From Marsupella aquatica (lineage: Eukaryota; Plantae; Marchantiophyta), in the NCBI GenBank assembly GCA_973895155.1, contig OZ316894.1:17018563-17082562 (forward strand): a stretch of 64,000 nt of DNA, read 5' to 3'. The translations under genes were made by a program, and so were the position numbers. The first letter of the stretch is position 1, and every line of letters begins with the position of its first letter. Below, piece after piece: positions 1 to 13,500 of the stretch. Under the pieces are notes generated by a model. It saw only the letters and a program-made list of their open reading frames with translations, ran no database searches and was not told the origin of the DNA.

Positions 1-121
1 CGAAACAGCTGTAAGATTTAGTGTTTCATATTTACGACGAAATGCACTAATCCGCTGTTGACTGGAGATACGGTACATGAGTGTATGTCACCATAGTTTG
101 TTGGTACAGTACTCTACACCT

Positions 122-169
<48 letters not shown>

Positions 170-935
170 ATTTCGTGACCATTCCCTATATCAATAAAAT
201 GCTTCTTATGCATGCATTGAACTAACTGATAGATGCAGGGTGTACACTTATAGACCAAAACGTACCTATATATTTACTTTTTTGTACCAACATTTTGTCA
301 TTTATGAGGGTCTACCTTCCGGTCAACCTGCACCTATGCAAATTACATTTTGTTGCGTTTTTACAAAGGAAATAACTGTAGGATGAGGGGATGGCAGACC
401 TGCACTCAACAACTAAATGTGCTTAAATAACCAGAAATGTACTTAACTAATTACGAAATGCACTTAAACTGCACTTATCCACCATGCACTTATGCACTGT
501 TGACTGTAGATACGTAGATGACTGTATGTCACCTTAGTTAGCTAGGACATAGCTGTAGGATTAGGGGATTATTATATGGCAGACCTGCACTCAACCACGA
601 AATGTACTTAATTAATTAATTAAAAATGCACTTAAACCAAGAACTGCACTTATCCACAATGCACTTATGCATGGTTGACTGTAGATACGGTAGATGACTG
701 TATGTCACCTTAGTACACAGCTGCATGATTAGGGTATTATATGGCAGAAATGTACTTAATTAACCAGGAAAAAGTACTTAATTAACCACAAAAATGTGCT
801 TAATTAATTACGATATGCACTTAAACCGAAAACTGCACTTATCCGCAATGCACTTATGCACGGTTGACTGTAGATACGGTAGATGACCGTATCTACAGTA
901 CCCATAGTTAGTTAGTACGGTATTCTAAACCTGTA
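1..935. repeat. Degenerate ~170-190 bp tandem repeats upstream of SKP1
   Basis: The block TGCACTTATCC...TGCACTTATGCA..GTTGACTGTAGATACGGTAGATGAC recurs at about 43, 470, 646 and 834. Confidence 0.8.
127..166. repeat. (TA)n microsatellite
   Basis: About 20 consecutive TA units. Confidence 0.95.
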
Positions 936-944
936 GTATACCAG

Positions 945-950
945 TATAAA
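945..950 (+). promoter_or_regulatory. Probable TATA box of SKP1
   Basis: TATAAA lies at the switch from AT-rich repeats to a GC- and pyrimidine-rich leader, about 490 nt upstream of the ATG. Confidence 0.5.
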
Positions 951-1431
951 GACGCCGTTTGGCCGCCGTTCCCAATGTCGAGCTCCTTCGACTTCGTTTC
1001 ATCATTTCGTCCTCAGCTCGCGCCAATTTCTTCCTTCGTATCGTCGGACTGTCGGAGCTCTAAGCTCTTTCTGTAGAAGCGAGCGAGCGAGCGAGGGCAC
1101 ACCCATTATTGCTGTGGTCGCAACGAAGTGGTTCCATTGTTCGTCGAAGTCGATTCTCCCAGCAGAGAGGCAGGCAGGCAATTCGTCGGTGCCACTTCTT
1201 AGAGCTCCGGTTCTTCGAAGCCGAAGCGAAAAGCGGAGGCGGAGCGATTGATTTTCGGTCGCGCCGCGGTTCCGGAGTTTTTTGACTCCGAAATCGATTG
1301 CTTTTTCGGTCGCGCCGCGGTTACGGAGTTTTGGACTACGAAATCAATAATAATTGACAGAAAGGGCAATTCGAAGCGGGGCAGGGAGGGGAGCAGGAAA
1401 GAGAGAAGAGCGAGAAGAGAGAGGCAGCGAA

Positions 1432-2223
1432 ATGGCGAGGGATAACAACAAGGTGAAGCTGAAGTCGTCGGAGGATGACATGTTCGAGGTGGACAAGGCG
1501 GTGGCGTACGAGTCGCAGACGGTGAAGAACATGATCGAGGACTTGGAGTCGACGGATGCCCCGATTCCCTTGCCGAATGTGTCCGGCAAGATCCTGGCCA
1601 AGGTCATCGAGTATTGCAAGTACCACGTCGAGTCGCAGAAGGCGTCAGATGATAAGGCCACCGTTCCAGAGGACGAAGTCAAGCAGTGGGATGCGGAGTT
1701 TGTGAAGGTCGACCAGGCTACGCTCTTCGATCTCATCCTGGTAAGTTTCGGATATAATCCTTTGCTCAGTTTCGTCGCTCGCAGTTAGGGTTTAGCGGTA
1801 GTATTCGATGAGTCGGATCGTTTGAATCGTCGTACACACTTGGTCTCGGTTAGTTTACATGCCATTCTCGATATGGTCGCTTAGAATTAGGTTGTGCTCT
1901 TGTTTCCTAGTTCAGAATATTGCTTTACCGAGGAATTGGAGAAGCGGACCACTGTCTGAAACTTGTTTACTTCGGTCTTATTCTCCTGCGGCGTGGCCTC
2001 GTTTACCGACTAGCTGTTCCTAAATTTGCTGTTTCCTTCGTTCGTGCAGGCCGCCAATTATTTGAACATAAAGAACTTGCTCGATTTGACTTGTCAAACT
2101 GTTGCGGACATGATCAAGGGCAAGACCCCCGAGGAGATCAGAAAGACTTTCAATATCAAGAATGACTTCACTCCCGAAGAGGAAGAGGAGGTCAGGAGGG
2201 AGAATCAATGGGCCTTTGAATAG
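1432..2223 (+). CDS. SKP1: SKP1/ASK SCF ubiquitin-ligase adaptor, 160 aa; exons 1432-1740 and 2050-2223
   Basis: [13 protein letters not shown]...[21 protein letters not shown]...[18 protein letters not shown]|[57 protein letters not shown]. The GTAAG...GCAG phase-0 intron is at the usual plant SKP1 position. Confidence 0.98.
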
Positions 2224-3111
2224 GTTCTGATTATACCGCGCGATTGATTTGCGGCCAGCCGTTGTATCGCCAATGGTATCGTCCTCGTCATCGACTGGCG
2301 AGAGGGATGGAGAAAGTCATGGAAGTGAGAACGGGGAGAAGGCCAACAGACCTCAACTCCTTTTGTTTAAAATTTCCGCTAGGCTCCTCTCCAATCGTGT
2401 GAATTCTGATATTGACCCTGAATACTGATGGCGTTTTCAAATACGTCCGTCTTTCCAATCATCCCTCATGATTTGCGATCAGGGAATCGTAGGCCGGCCC
2501 TTCACGGGTGGGCATGAAAACATTTTTCCCAAATGACTTACTTTTTTTCGGCTTTTTTGTTCCATTAAACGTGATGAAAGTTGGACAGAAAGTCGTACTC
2601 GGACTTAGAAGCAGTTTGGTCTTAGGGAGTTCTATTGAAGACAGTGATCAACCTTTAGATATCTTTCCTTTGAGGATCTGGAGATTTCCCTCTAGAGCTT
2701 ACAGCTGTTGTAGATCAATTTACGAATACTTGTGTTGATTGTGATTATTGGTTTATTATTTGAAATTTGAAAGTTCCTGCCGCTGGCTCTACTTGGCACT
2801 CGTACTCTGAAGACGCTGGACAGTGTATCTGGGCTCCGCTTATTTCGGTGAGTTGAGAATAGTTTTCGACGGATGCAGCGTCGATGAATTTACTGGGAGT
2901 TCAGAATCAGCCGAGGCAATTCAGTTCACGAAGCAAATGTCGGTTCTGTGTCTTACATTCCTAGTCATGGAGTTGGAGTTGGAGTTGGAGTTGGGGCACC
3001 TCTTTTTTTGTTCGCTTGTGCACAAAACCGTATGCATTTGCTCTCGTTAATAGTTCTTTAAAGTTGCCTCTGAGATGACGATTCTCGGCATGTTGGGGCT
3101 GATACATGTCA

Positions 3112-3695
3112 CCAAAGCTAATAGAGAAGCCTAAAATGGAGTTTTAAGATACTAAAACAGTGATTTGTGCGAGCCACTGTTGGAGAAACACACATCACCA
3201 AAATTCCTGAATACACCACATTTACTAGAGCTGATAGAGAAGCCTAAAATGGAGTTTTAAGACACTAAAAACAGTGATTTGTGCGAGCTACTGTTGGAAA
3301 AACACACATCACCAAATTTCCTGTTTACACCACATTTACTAAGGCTAATAGAGAAGCCTAAAATGGAGTTTTAAGATACTAAAAACAGTGACTTGTGCGA
3401 GCCACTGTTGGAGAAACACCCATCACCAAATATCCTGAATACACCAGATTTACTAAAGCTAATAGAGAAGCCTAGAATGGAGCTAAAATGGAGCTTTAAG
3501 TACTAAAAACAGTGATTTGTGCGAGCCACTGTTGTAGAAACACACATCACCAAATTTCCTGAATACACCAGATTTAATAATGCTAATAGAGAAGCCTAAA
3601 ATGCACTTTTAAGATACTAAAAACAGTGATTTGTGCGGACCACTGATGGAGAAACACACATCAGCAAATTTCCTGAATATGCCAGATGTACTGAG
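3112..3695. repeat. Tandem satellite, 5 copies of ~114 bp
   Basis: CT(A/G)ATAGAGAAGCCTA starts at 3118, 3231, 3345, 3459 and 3583, and whole units are highly similar. Confidence 0.95.
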
Positions 3696-3754
3696 ACATT
3701 AGAGTTTTTCGTCGTGGCAAGAAGGCGGGTGAGTTGTCGGCCATTTTGGGGCCG

Positions 3755-4445
3755 GGTTAAGGGTGTGTTCAGCTCCAACTCAAGATTAACAATCGCCCCT
3801 GGGTTTTGAGGTGAGTTAAGCTTCCAACTCAAGATTAACTTTTGCCTGTGGGTCATTTTGAGTCGAGTTAGGCTCCGAATGCAAGATCAACATTTGCCTA
3901 GGGGTCACTTTGAGTCGGGTTCAGTGTGAGTAAAGGTCATTTTGAGTCCGGATTGAATGTGAATTAAGATCATTTTGAGTCCGAGATCAGGATGACTTAA
4001 GCTTCCAACTCAAGATTAATATTTGCCTGTGGGTCACTTTGAGGTGAATTAAGCTTCCAACTCAAGATCAACATTTGCGTGTGGGTCACTTTGAGTCAGG
4101 TCCAGTGTTAGTCAAGGTCATTTTGAGTCCGGATTCAATGTAAGTTGAGATCATTTTGAGTCCAGGTTCAGGGTGGGTTAAGCTTCCAACTTAAAATCAA
4201 CATTTGCTTGATGGTCACTGTGAGTTGGGTTCAGTGTGACTTAAGCTTCCAACTCATGATCAACATTTGCCTTCTGAGTTGGATTTGGGGTGAGTTAAGC
4301 TTTCAACTCAAGATCAACATTCGTCTCTTTCAGTTTGAGTGGGGTTCAGTGTGAGTTAAGCTTCCAACTCAAGATCAACACTTGCCTGTCTGTCATTTCG
4401 AGTTCAGGGTGAATTCAGCTTTCAACTCAAGATCAACATTTGTCC
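3755..4445. repeat. Degenerate minisatellite with ~50-60 bp units
   Basis: TTAAGCTTCCAACTCAAGATCAACATTTG and GGTCA(T/C)TTTGAG recur about 10 times. Confidence 0.85.
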
Positions 4446-5231
4446 CTTCAAATAGGGGTTAAATTGCCCAAATGCTTACCCAAAGTTCTTAAGTTCAACT
4501 TCTAAATGGAGACTTGGTGAACAATGAGCCATGGAGACTTTATGGACAGTGAGCAATGGGCCTAGGTGCAACTTTGACATGCAGTTCCTAAATAAGTGAG
4601 TGATGGCCCTAGGTGCAGCTTTGCCGTCAGTTAATAAATAAGGTCTTGAGAAAATAGGTACATAGTTGGCCTTTGCGCACAGTGAGCAATGGAGATTTCA
4701 TGCACAGTGAGTGATGGGCCTAGGTGCAGATTTGATGTGCAGTTCATAAATAAGTTCTCGAGAAATGTATGTACACAGTTAGCCTTTGTGCACAGTGAGT
4801 GGTGAGCAATTAGAACATCTTTCACAGGGAAAGGGGCTATGGTGGAGTTGACACTGATCCCTCCAATTACACAGACAGTCCTTATTGCCAGATGCTCTCA
4901 GCCAAAAGCATATCCAAAGGAACCCCAATAAACCCAACCTGAGTTTTTTTGAGTCAATAGCTCCCAGGGTAGTTTTCTGATTCATTTCTGAGTGTACTTA
5001 ACCTCAACTTTCTGAGTTTCTCTCTCTAAATTGAAGTATAACTCTATTTCCTCACAAAGTGATCCTTGATATTGTTGACATATCAACAATCTTCACAAGT
5101 AGAAGTAAGAGCGGACTTGCATGTGCTGCGGCCGTTTATTTCTCGGCCCTTAACACTCCTAAGCCATAGGTAAAAAACTGAATTTGATTTTTGCACAAAA
5201 TCTGGCTCTATACTACATGTGCTCTTCAGAG

Positions 5232-5332
5232 AAGTGTCAGGGTGGTCCCACTTGTCATTTGCACTTCCAGAATTTAGAGGGCAGTGTCAGGGTGGTCCAA
5301 CTTGGTGTTTACTCTTCCAGAATTTAGAGGGC
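5232..5332. repeat. ~51 bp tandem duplication
   Basis: AGTGTCAGGGTGGTCC...CTTCCAGAATTTAGAGGGC occurs twice. Confidence 0.85.
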
Positions 5333-6609
5333 AATTTGCATGGATAGGTGGAGCAAAAGGTGATTTCTTGTCTCATTGAAAAGTGAAAGGTTGGGATGTC
5401 AAGCATCGGAAACTTTCCGGCCCTTGCTCTTGAAAGTCCTCATCTATTGTTGTGAGGCATGAAAGCCTCAATCAGTCAAAAGGTGTCATCACTTCACTTA
5501 AGGGAAAGAATTTTTAGGACCATCACATGCAAGATGGCCTTATGAGCTGTCTTGCATGTGTGAGGTCTTCACTTTTCCAATCCTCAATTCTACAGATGGC
5601 AATAACATATTGACTGAGAATTTTGTGGAGGAACCTACTCTTCAGGCAGGTTTTATGGCATACAAAGTGGAGAACCAAGGGCAATGGCTACATACTTTGC
5701 AGCCCTTGAGGTCCTGTCCTTTAAAATCAGAATAAAGCAGACAGAATATTTAAAAAACAAAAACGGAGACAATGAAGGACTTATGCAATTTACTTGTAGT
5801 AGGACAATAGAATTTAGATCGCAATTTAGGGAGTGGTAAGGCCACTTCATCTAAGACCATCTACATTCAAGACAGGCTATTTCTCTTAAGACTGTACATG
5901 CAAGATGACCCTAAGGGCCAACTCCCATGTGATCATGCTGCCCTCTGTGCTCCCGATACTTTCAGGAAAATTTAGCACTTCTATTATCAGACAATCCGAT
6001 CAGACAATCCAACAATCCGACGCAAATTTTGGTCTCTACTTCCTAACTATGAGAGAGTTTGTAACAAATGTATAGTCTTTTTTGTTTTTTCCACAAGGCA
6101 AAGGTTGAGACCTGGGCTGGAAACTTTCAGGTCCTTGCCCTTGGGACCGTACAAAATATGCCGTCAGGCCTGGCACCTGGTTTGGCCTTGACAGGCAAGT
6201 TAGGGGTCTGGACCCCGTCACCTGTCACTCCGAACACCCAGTCGTCCCAACTGCCCAGTCCCAACTGCACCCCGACCCCGTCCCGACCCCATCCCAACCC
6301 TAATCCGGCCCCGACACTGGGGGACGGCTTGCCAATCCGGGGAGTCCACGGGAGCCCAGGACCGAGCCGGAAAGGGGTTCAGGAGAATTCAGGACCGGCC
6401 ATGAAATAAAGAGGAACATGCATCATTTGGCCCCTTTTGGAGCCATAATGTGACAACTTTCCGTGTCAGGGAACACATAAACTTGCACGTTGGCTCAAAC
6501 CAGGCTGACCCATGAGGGGGTACTGCCTGACACGCCTCATTCACACTACCTAAGTTAAGGGCCGTTATTTGAAAGACACTTCACATCCAAGTTGGCCCTA
6601 AAGCCTTCA

Positions 6610-6925
6610 AAAGAAAACTTTGAAATAAGTGTACCCAAATTTGGTGCAACTCCATAAGAAACGTCGGGGGAAGACTACCAAAAAAGTATTCCCAACTTTA
6701 GTGCAGCTACGGACGACACATTGGAGGAAAACTTCCGAAAAAAGCGTTCCCAAACGGAAAAGTCGTCCCAATTTTAGTGCAGCTACGGACGAAACATTCG
6801 AGGGAAGTTTTCCAAAATTGGAGGAAAACTTCCATAAAAAGCGTTCCCAAACTTAGGGCGATTGGAGAAGAAACACTGGAGGGAAACTTTCGAACAAAGT
6901 GTTCTCAAGTTTAGTGCAATTACAG
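6610..6925. repeat. Degenerate tandem repeat
   Basis: TCCCAA.TTTAGTGCAGCTACGGACG and TTGGAGGAAAACTTCC..AAAAAGCGTTCCCAAAC recur. Confidence 0.7.
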
Positions 6926-7559
6926 AAGCGACAATGTAACCCATACGTGGGAGGAAGGCGAGCAGATCAAAGAATCTCCGCCATGCCATTTTTCTAAAAC
7001 ATCGACTGTACCTACGTCCGGCAGTCTGCTATGATCCGTTTTTGGTCTGACCAACAGACTTATCACATGCTGACGCGGTAGCAGACTGGAATAAAGCAGA
7101 CTCTCTAGATTATAAGAAGGAAATGGAGAGTGGGCACGGAATCTACTGCAGATGTTTCCAAAACTGGAACATTCCTTTCAAACACAAAGTATACTTTCAT
7201 CATGGACATGAAAAGATTGGTTCACGATTACCCTCACTACCTTCATCATTATCAGGCACAAAAGTTCGAGGCTGAACTCAAATATGCTGCCGTCCATTTC
7301 ATAATAACTCATTCCCAATGATGACCACATATCATGGTCAACAACAAATTTGCCGGATGTTTGAATAGCTGAAAGCATAATTTGGCTTCAGCACATTCGG
7401 AAATGAAGTATCCATTCACTACCTGTATGAATGGCTACCCCCTCAATATCAAAGAAAAGCCCTGGTGAAGCTTAATAGCACAGGCTCTCAAATAGAATTT
7501 ACTCTCTCCCCTGACTATACATAAGTTCCGAGCATTTAGTTCCCTCAACAAAAAATCAC

Positions 7560-10500
7560 CTAGAGCTTCAAGGGTTGTGCTGGTTGCTGTCTGTCGTCAG
7601 GTTGGTGCGCTTCCTCCACGCCCGCCGCACTGCCCAGCTTCACAATATCTTCCACCAAAATTTTTCCATCTGTTCATCACCACACATTAACATATCAACG
7701 ATTGGTTTCAAAAACACGAGATCACATTTCAGTGGTTTTTTCTCCAAGCTTCCAAGAGGACTGATATGGCCTCTTTGTGGCACAGGCATTTAAGACGACC
7801 CGTCTTTCACATTAGATCAAAGCATGTGTAAAACTAATTTGCTGACCTCTATCTTTAGCCAGATTGCTAATGAGGTGTTGCAAATTCTCTTGACCCAAAG
7901 TATCCTTCAAGTACGTGGCCGCAGCGGCCACTTCTTCAGCCGTGACTTTACCATCATGATCTCTGCAGCGGAGCAAGCACCTCAGCTGTCAGTCTCATTA
8001 AACCCAACCCCACTTGGCCCATTTGAGTTGGCCAAAAGTTTTCTATCTAAATATGAGTGTATTTATCAATAAGATCCTCCTTCGCAGAAGCTGGCAAGGA
8101 AGATCGACGTGCAGAGACAAAAGCAAGAGTACTCCCATCTCAACTTGTAAAAATCTAATCCAAGACAAGACCAACTGTGGATTGATATTCCACCTGTCAA
8201 GAACGCGCCACCGGTCACCAATTTTTGCATCAACATCATCCAGTTCTTTCTCCAGATTATGCAGCATTGCATCTACCTGCATTCCCACAACCCAATACGT
8301 TAGGGCCATGGCAGATCCCAATGATTTAGTAACTTGAAGGTTCAAAGGCTAATGATGGTAGAGCACTCAACCAACAGAAGGTCATCATAGACACACAAGC
8401 GTTCTTAAGCTCTAAGACTTCAGACGTATCAGATTTAATCATGGCACCTTTGCAATCAGAGCTGAAGAAACTCGAGTCCCTGAAGCTGTCTCAGCAGCAT
8501 GCTCACTATCCTCTCTCGCATGTCTATAGGCCTCGCGAGCTATGTCTTCCTCAGGTGTACCTTCTTTGTCCACCATATTATTGTACAGTTGAATCTGCTT
8601 GACCAACCTCAGGATCAGTAAGAAAATCGCCGCACATGACCCGCATTCGCATTTTGAAAAAAGGAATTCATGACCAACGGTAAAAGAAAGTATTTGAAGA
8701 GCTTCAAATTGATTTTTCAGATCTCTTCGTAACAGACCAATTTGTCATTCACACAAAAGAGAGATACTGTAGCAGATATCACCTCAGTATTCACAAGCCT
8801 CAGAAAGTCCGCACGCTCGTTACTCACAGACTGCAAGTAATTGATCCGGTGTCAGACGAAATCCTCAATAAAAGATGCCCATACGTCTAACAGACTGAAC
8901 CCCATGGAAAAATAAATAAAAATCACACCAATTGCACTTAATTACTAACAAACAAAAATTGACCAAGTTTTAGGATACGCAGATGGTTTACCGAAGCCGA
9001 TGCTAGTACAGCAAGTGCACTGCTGAGTTTGCACAATTCCTCCTTTTTGTCAATTGCTCTTTTTTGGGCTAGCTGTCGGGCTTCATCCGAGATCGACAGA
9101 TGCAGGTCTTGCAATGATACTTCTTCTGGTAGCCGTTCCTTCCTCTCAGCTCGTGAGCGTTCCAGCTCTGCTTTGGCTTTGGCTTCCTCTTCCTGTACCC
9201 AGTATCATATATTTTAGCATTGAGAGCGCTTAAAAAAAATTAAAACGTGGATGGGATTGTCAGATTAGCAATCCCGATATCAAGCACAAAACATCAAATT
9301 GATTTCCACATCTCAAATTCTGACGCAGCTTGCACGCAAGGCTTACTTCAGGTCACCAAGTTTCATTTAATACAGGAAAGCCGAGATCTTGCCAAACAGG
9401 AATCCCGTCCACGAGATTCAACTCAAGCTCAGGTTTGAGTAAGTCACCGCCTAAATTATTGATCCTCCAAGGTTGAGTTGGTTATCTGGGGATGACCAAA
9501 ATTTTGGAGCTCTCTGAATGGGGCAGCTCCCCTTTCGTTACTGAGAGGCAGAACAGAAAGGTTCTGCCAGTCATCCCTATTCACTGACTCATAAATAGTT
9601 GTAAGCGGGCTCTCCTTGAATGCTGGTTTGATTCTGAGTTCCCAGTGGAGATCAAAAGCAGTAGGAAATTGGAGCCACCATGTCGATGCTCTCCTTAACG
9701 AACTGTCTGATATGGCGACAGGCAATTACACTGCAGAGTTTACGAGAACTTTGCTGGCGCCTCACTTCCTGGTTTGTGCCTAATGGGGCGAAGTCCAACG
9801 CACTCTATGTTCGAACTGTTTTGTCTGGACGGAGGGAAATGGGCATAGAGATCCACCAAGAAGGGCTTCCAACAAAACTGTCGAGAGTAGTGATATACTT
9901 CGCAGACATGTCTTGCTCTACCGTGAGCCCTTCCTTGGCCTCAAACTTTTAGAGTGACGTCTGTACTTCTGTTTCTGTTCTTTCTGTGAACATGTAAGTC
10001 ACGTTCACGTTGCAATGTCTATCAGTATTAACTAAGGTTTTCAGAGTAAAGTTTAACACTGATTAGGTCGCTGTGAAATTTACAAGAAGCAATTGGGATA
10101 AGAAAGCAAGGTACTATGTCAGACTTGCGAGTATGGCAACGAATTAGCATAATCAGTTGTGATCATGACCTTGATGAGCTCTTCCTGCTCCCTCAAATAT
10201 TCCAGTTTGCGCTGGCGCTCTGCGAGTGTGTCGTCACTAGGCGTAGCGGCACTGACTGAGTCCACGACTTGATCAGGAAGGGATGATAACGTAGCCTGCA
10301 TAGCCTCTTCTGGTCTGATTCTTCCGGATACCATGAACGCCCTTACAACGATTGCAAAACCCAACACATGTCAGAGGAGGAATAAACGTAAGTGTACCCG
10401 TCGGCTCAGGTCAAGAATTAAAAGATTATGAATGATTGCATCCTAACAAGAAATATGGGGCTCAGGGTCAAAACTGCAACTTATTAAATTTCAAAATGCT

Positions 10501-13500
10501 AATGAAATGCTGTCAATCCACCGACATTGGCTCTGCATGGAGACATACCGTGAGAGGATCAGGAGTGACGATGGTAATGACTTGTTCAATGAAAGATCAA
10601 GCCAGTCCTTCAACTGCACCATGCCAAAATAACAGTGTTCGTGAGCCGTCAGGATGTGATCCGGAACGCAAATGTGAGTCGACCCATCTTATGGACCCAC
10701 ATTTCACTAGCCGACAAGACTTTGATGATCACCTTCTGTACAGTTAGAGCCCAACTGAGCGATATCTTTCATTTCAGGCACATATCTTTCATTGAGGCAC
10801 TGAAACGCAATAACATTTATCGACTTTCCCATCAAAAATCTATTTCTGTTGGTATTCAAACTGCACTTTACTGCTAGGATGTTAATCGTATTGGTAGCAT
10901 ACGATCGTTGTTCTAATTGGCATACATTCAGAATCTATCACGCAGAGGTAAAGGTAACCTCTACTACGATTCCGAAAGGAAATACCTATGTTCCACCCAA
11001 TCGACACCGTCTCCCTAATAAAAGTGAGCAGGATCATACTTACAGATACAATGATCCTTACACCATGGTTCTCTACGTTTTACTCAATCGAACTCTTCTT
11101 GAGCTCACGTTTTGACCGACACTACCCACCAAACTGGAATGATTGCAGACATTTAGATACCCAACAAAATGAGAGTTTTCCTAATTGCATACCTGATGCC
11201 GCATCTCTTCCACAGAAAGCAATCCAAGCATTCCCCTCTCTCGACAGGCTGCCCGCAGCTCTGTCTCGGACAATGACTCGACACCTTCGCTCTGAATCAT
11301 CCTATCATCTGCCTTTATCCTGTTAAGAACGTGATCATAATGTAAATGATAATCTAAAATACTGCATTATGAGTGTCACACCAGCTACTCAATTGTTCAT
11401 TGATCCAATTCATTCATCTCATGCCTACACCAAAATTGTCAAGAGTAAGTTGAAAACTAGAAGCACACCAATTCAAGCCAAGATCAAAATACCCTTTAAG
11501 TCATAAAAGGGTCCTTGACAAGCATCAGATGCCAGCGGTAAACACTGTGCAGCCTAGGCAAAAACATTTCAAGGTGGAAAACATTCTCATTACTCTGCAA
11601 TTAGTCAGTAAAGAGAAACGGCCAGGATTGTACCCTCTTAACTTCGTCCGAAGGCTGTAACGGAGGTAAGCATCAGTCCCATAGGGCTGTATACCCATAT
11701 ATTTGCACATGCTTACAAGCCTTGGCCTGCAAGACGTGTTTAAACAGTATCCCAACGCAAATTAGGAGAATGGGAGAAACTTTTATATAGATAGCTTCAG
11801 TTTTAGATAGATAGCTTCAGTTTTAGATAGAAAGATACTCGTTGGCTATCTATATAATAGTTTTCTATCTAAAAGAGGGTCTTCGGTACCTGTTAATTAG
11901 ACTCCTGAAGTACAATCCTCAGTTTGTTACGTACTCAATCCAGATATGCAGTGGAATGAGTACGTAACAAACTGAGGATTGTACTTCAGGAGTCTAATTA
12001 ACAGGTACCGAAGACCCTCCGCCAATCTACAGTTACAAATACAAATGGACAGCCAACGAGTACGTGTATCTAAGAAAGAAAAGATTCGTCCAACGAAAAA
12101 CGAATTCTACAAACCTCGTTAAATTATCCAGCGTAAGCTCATCATTGAAAAGCTTCGCAAATTCCAAAATGTCCACGTTTGTGACATTTGACCCAGTCCG
12201 TACCTGCACGAAGTTGGAGAACTTAGATTAAACTGTAAATAACCATTAGAAAACGCGGTTTGAAACTAGTGAGAAACGAAGACAACAGTCGACAAAACGC
12301 TTGCTAGTTTAATTCTCTTGGGAGACTCCTGCGGACTCACGAAAGTTATCGAAGAACTTAGCAAACTGTATCTTCATAGAGTTGAGGATTTGAGATAAGG
12401 CTTGAATTGGATGTCAAACCTTGCCCATAAACTCGTCCAATTCACTGGCTTTTTTTTGAAGCTCTCCACTCCGTGAAGTCTTAAGCTCTCGCGCCATCTC
12501 CCCAACAGTATCTTGTAGAAACTTGGCATACTGAATTCTTGCATTTAACCTCTTTTTTAGTTGCTCCTGTAAAAAGGAAAACCATGGAAAAATCTTTATA
12601 TCGTATCAATGGCAGCCCTACCATACTGATTGACTCGACAGTTTGGCAAGAATTGGCCCTGGGCAAGTTGTCAGGCTCGGATACGCACGTCTGTAGCACG
12701 TGCATGTAAGAAATGATTTATTGCTTTTGCAATGGGAGTGAGAAACGAGCTGCACTATTCATCTGCTACAGCTATAGCTCGGATGGACTGCTCGTGAGTG
12801 GGAAAACGGGGACAGTGGAAGCAACAGTTCAGCATTACACTAAAGTGACTCGTTATTTACGCTGACTCTCGCAAGTCTCAAGTTTTAAAAGATTACCTGC
12901 TCCTTCATCTTGTCTTGAAATGTTGAGGGGAGCATATTGGGGAAGATTCTGAGCGCAATGGGAAGTAAAAACTCCATGAAAGGCACGATTAGGAAGACCG
13001 CAAATGGCACAAGCCGGAATATATCAGCTGCTGTTGTGGTAAGCTGTTGTCTCTCCCTTCTAGAGAGACTATTTCCTCCTGCAAGTTTCAAGAGCAACCT
13101 TGAAGAGATGCGAACGTCTGCCCAGAGAAGCTTAGTTCCCAGCCAGTAATGTTGCAAGCCCTCCTTTAAATGTTTTCCCCACCCGGAGATCTTTTTCGCC
13201 CAGTCTTCCCTGCATTGCAGAATCAAGTCCATGAGCTAACAACAGCTACTCAGTGACTCTTGGCGAATTTTGCAAAGAACTCTTCCTATCCCAGAGAAAA
13301 ACACATCACTCTTAAACCCTAAACCTAAAGTCTTGAATCAAGGAGAAAATTCTGTCCAACTATGTGTTTCCTAAGACATACTGAGTTCAGCAATCAACAT
13401 CTAGCATTGGGGGTCTTATCATCATGCCCTCAAGAGGATCGGAGAAGGAACAGTGACCTGCTCATTGCTGCAATGGCTCGTAAGGCAGGCCCGAATCCCA

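Noticed and set aside
1336-1736. Antisense ORFs over SKP1 and the upstream extension from 1354
   Set aside because: These are shadow frames of GC-rich coding DNA. 1354 is a TTG; the ATG at 1432 fits SKP1 length.
3112-4445. Regularly spaced repeats as a CRISPR-like array
   Set aside because: Whole units are repeated, so there are no unique spacers. No cas genes are present and the context is eukaryotic.
6068-6409. Pro-rich 113-aa ORF
   Set aside because: Driven by CCCGA-type low-complexity repeats; probably part of a small unresolved repeat element.
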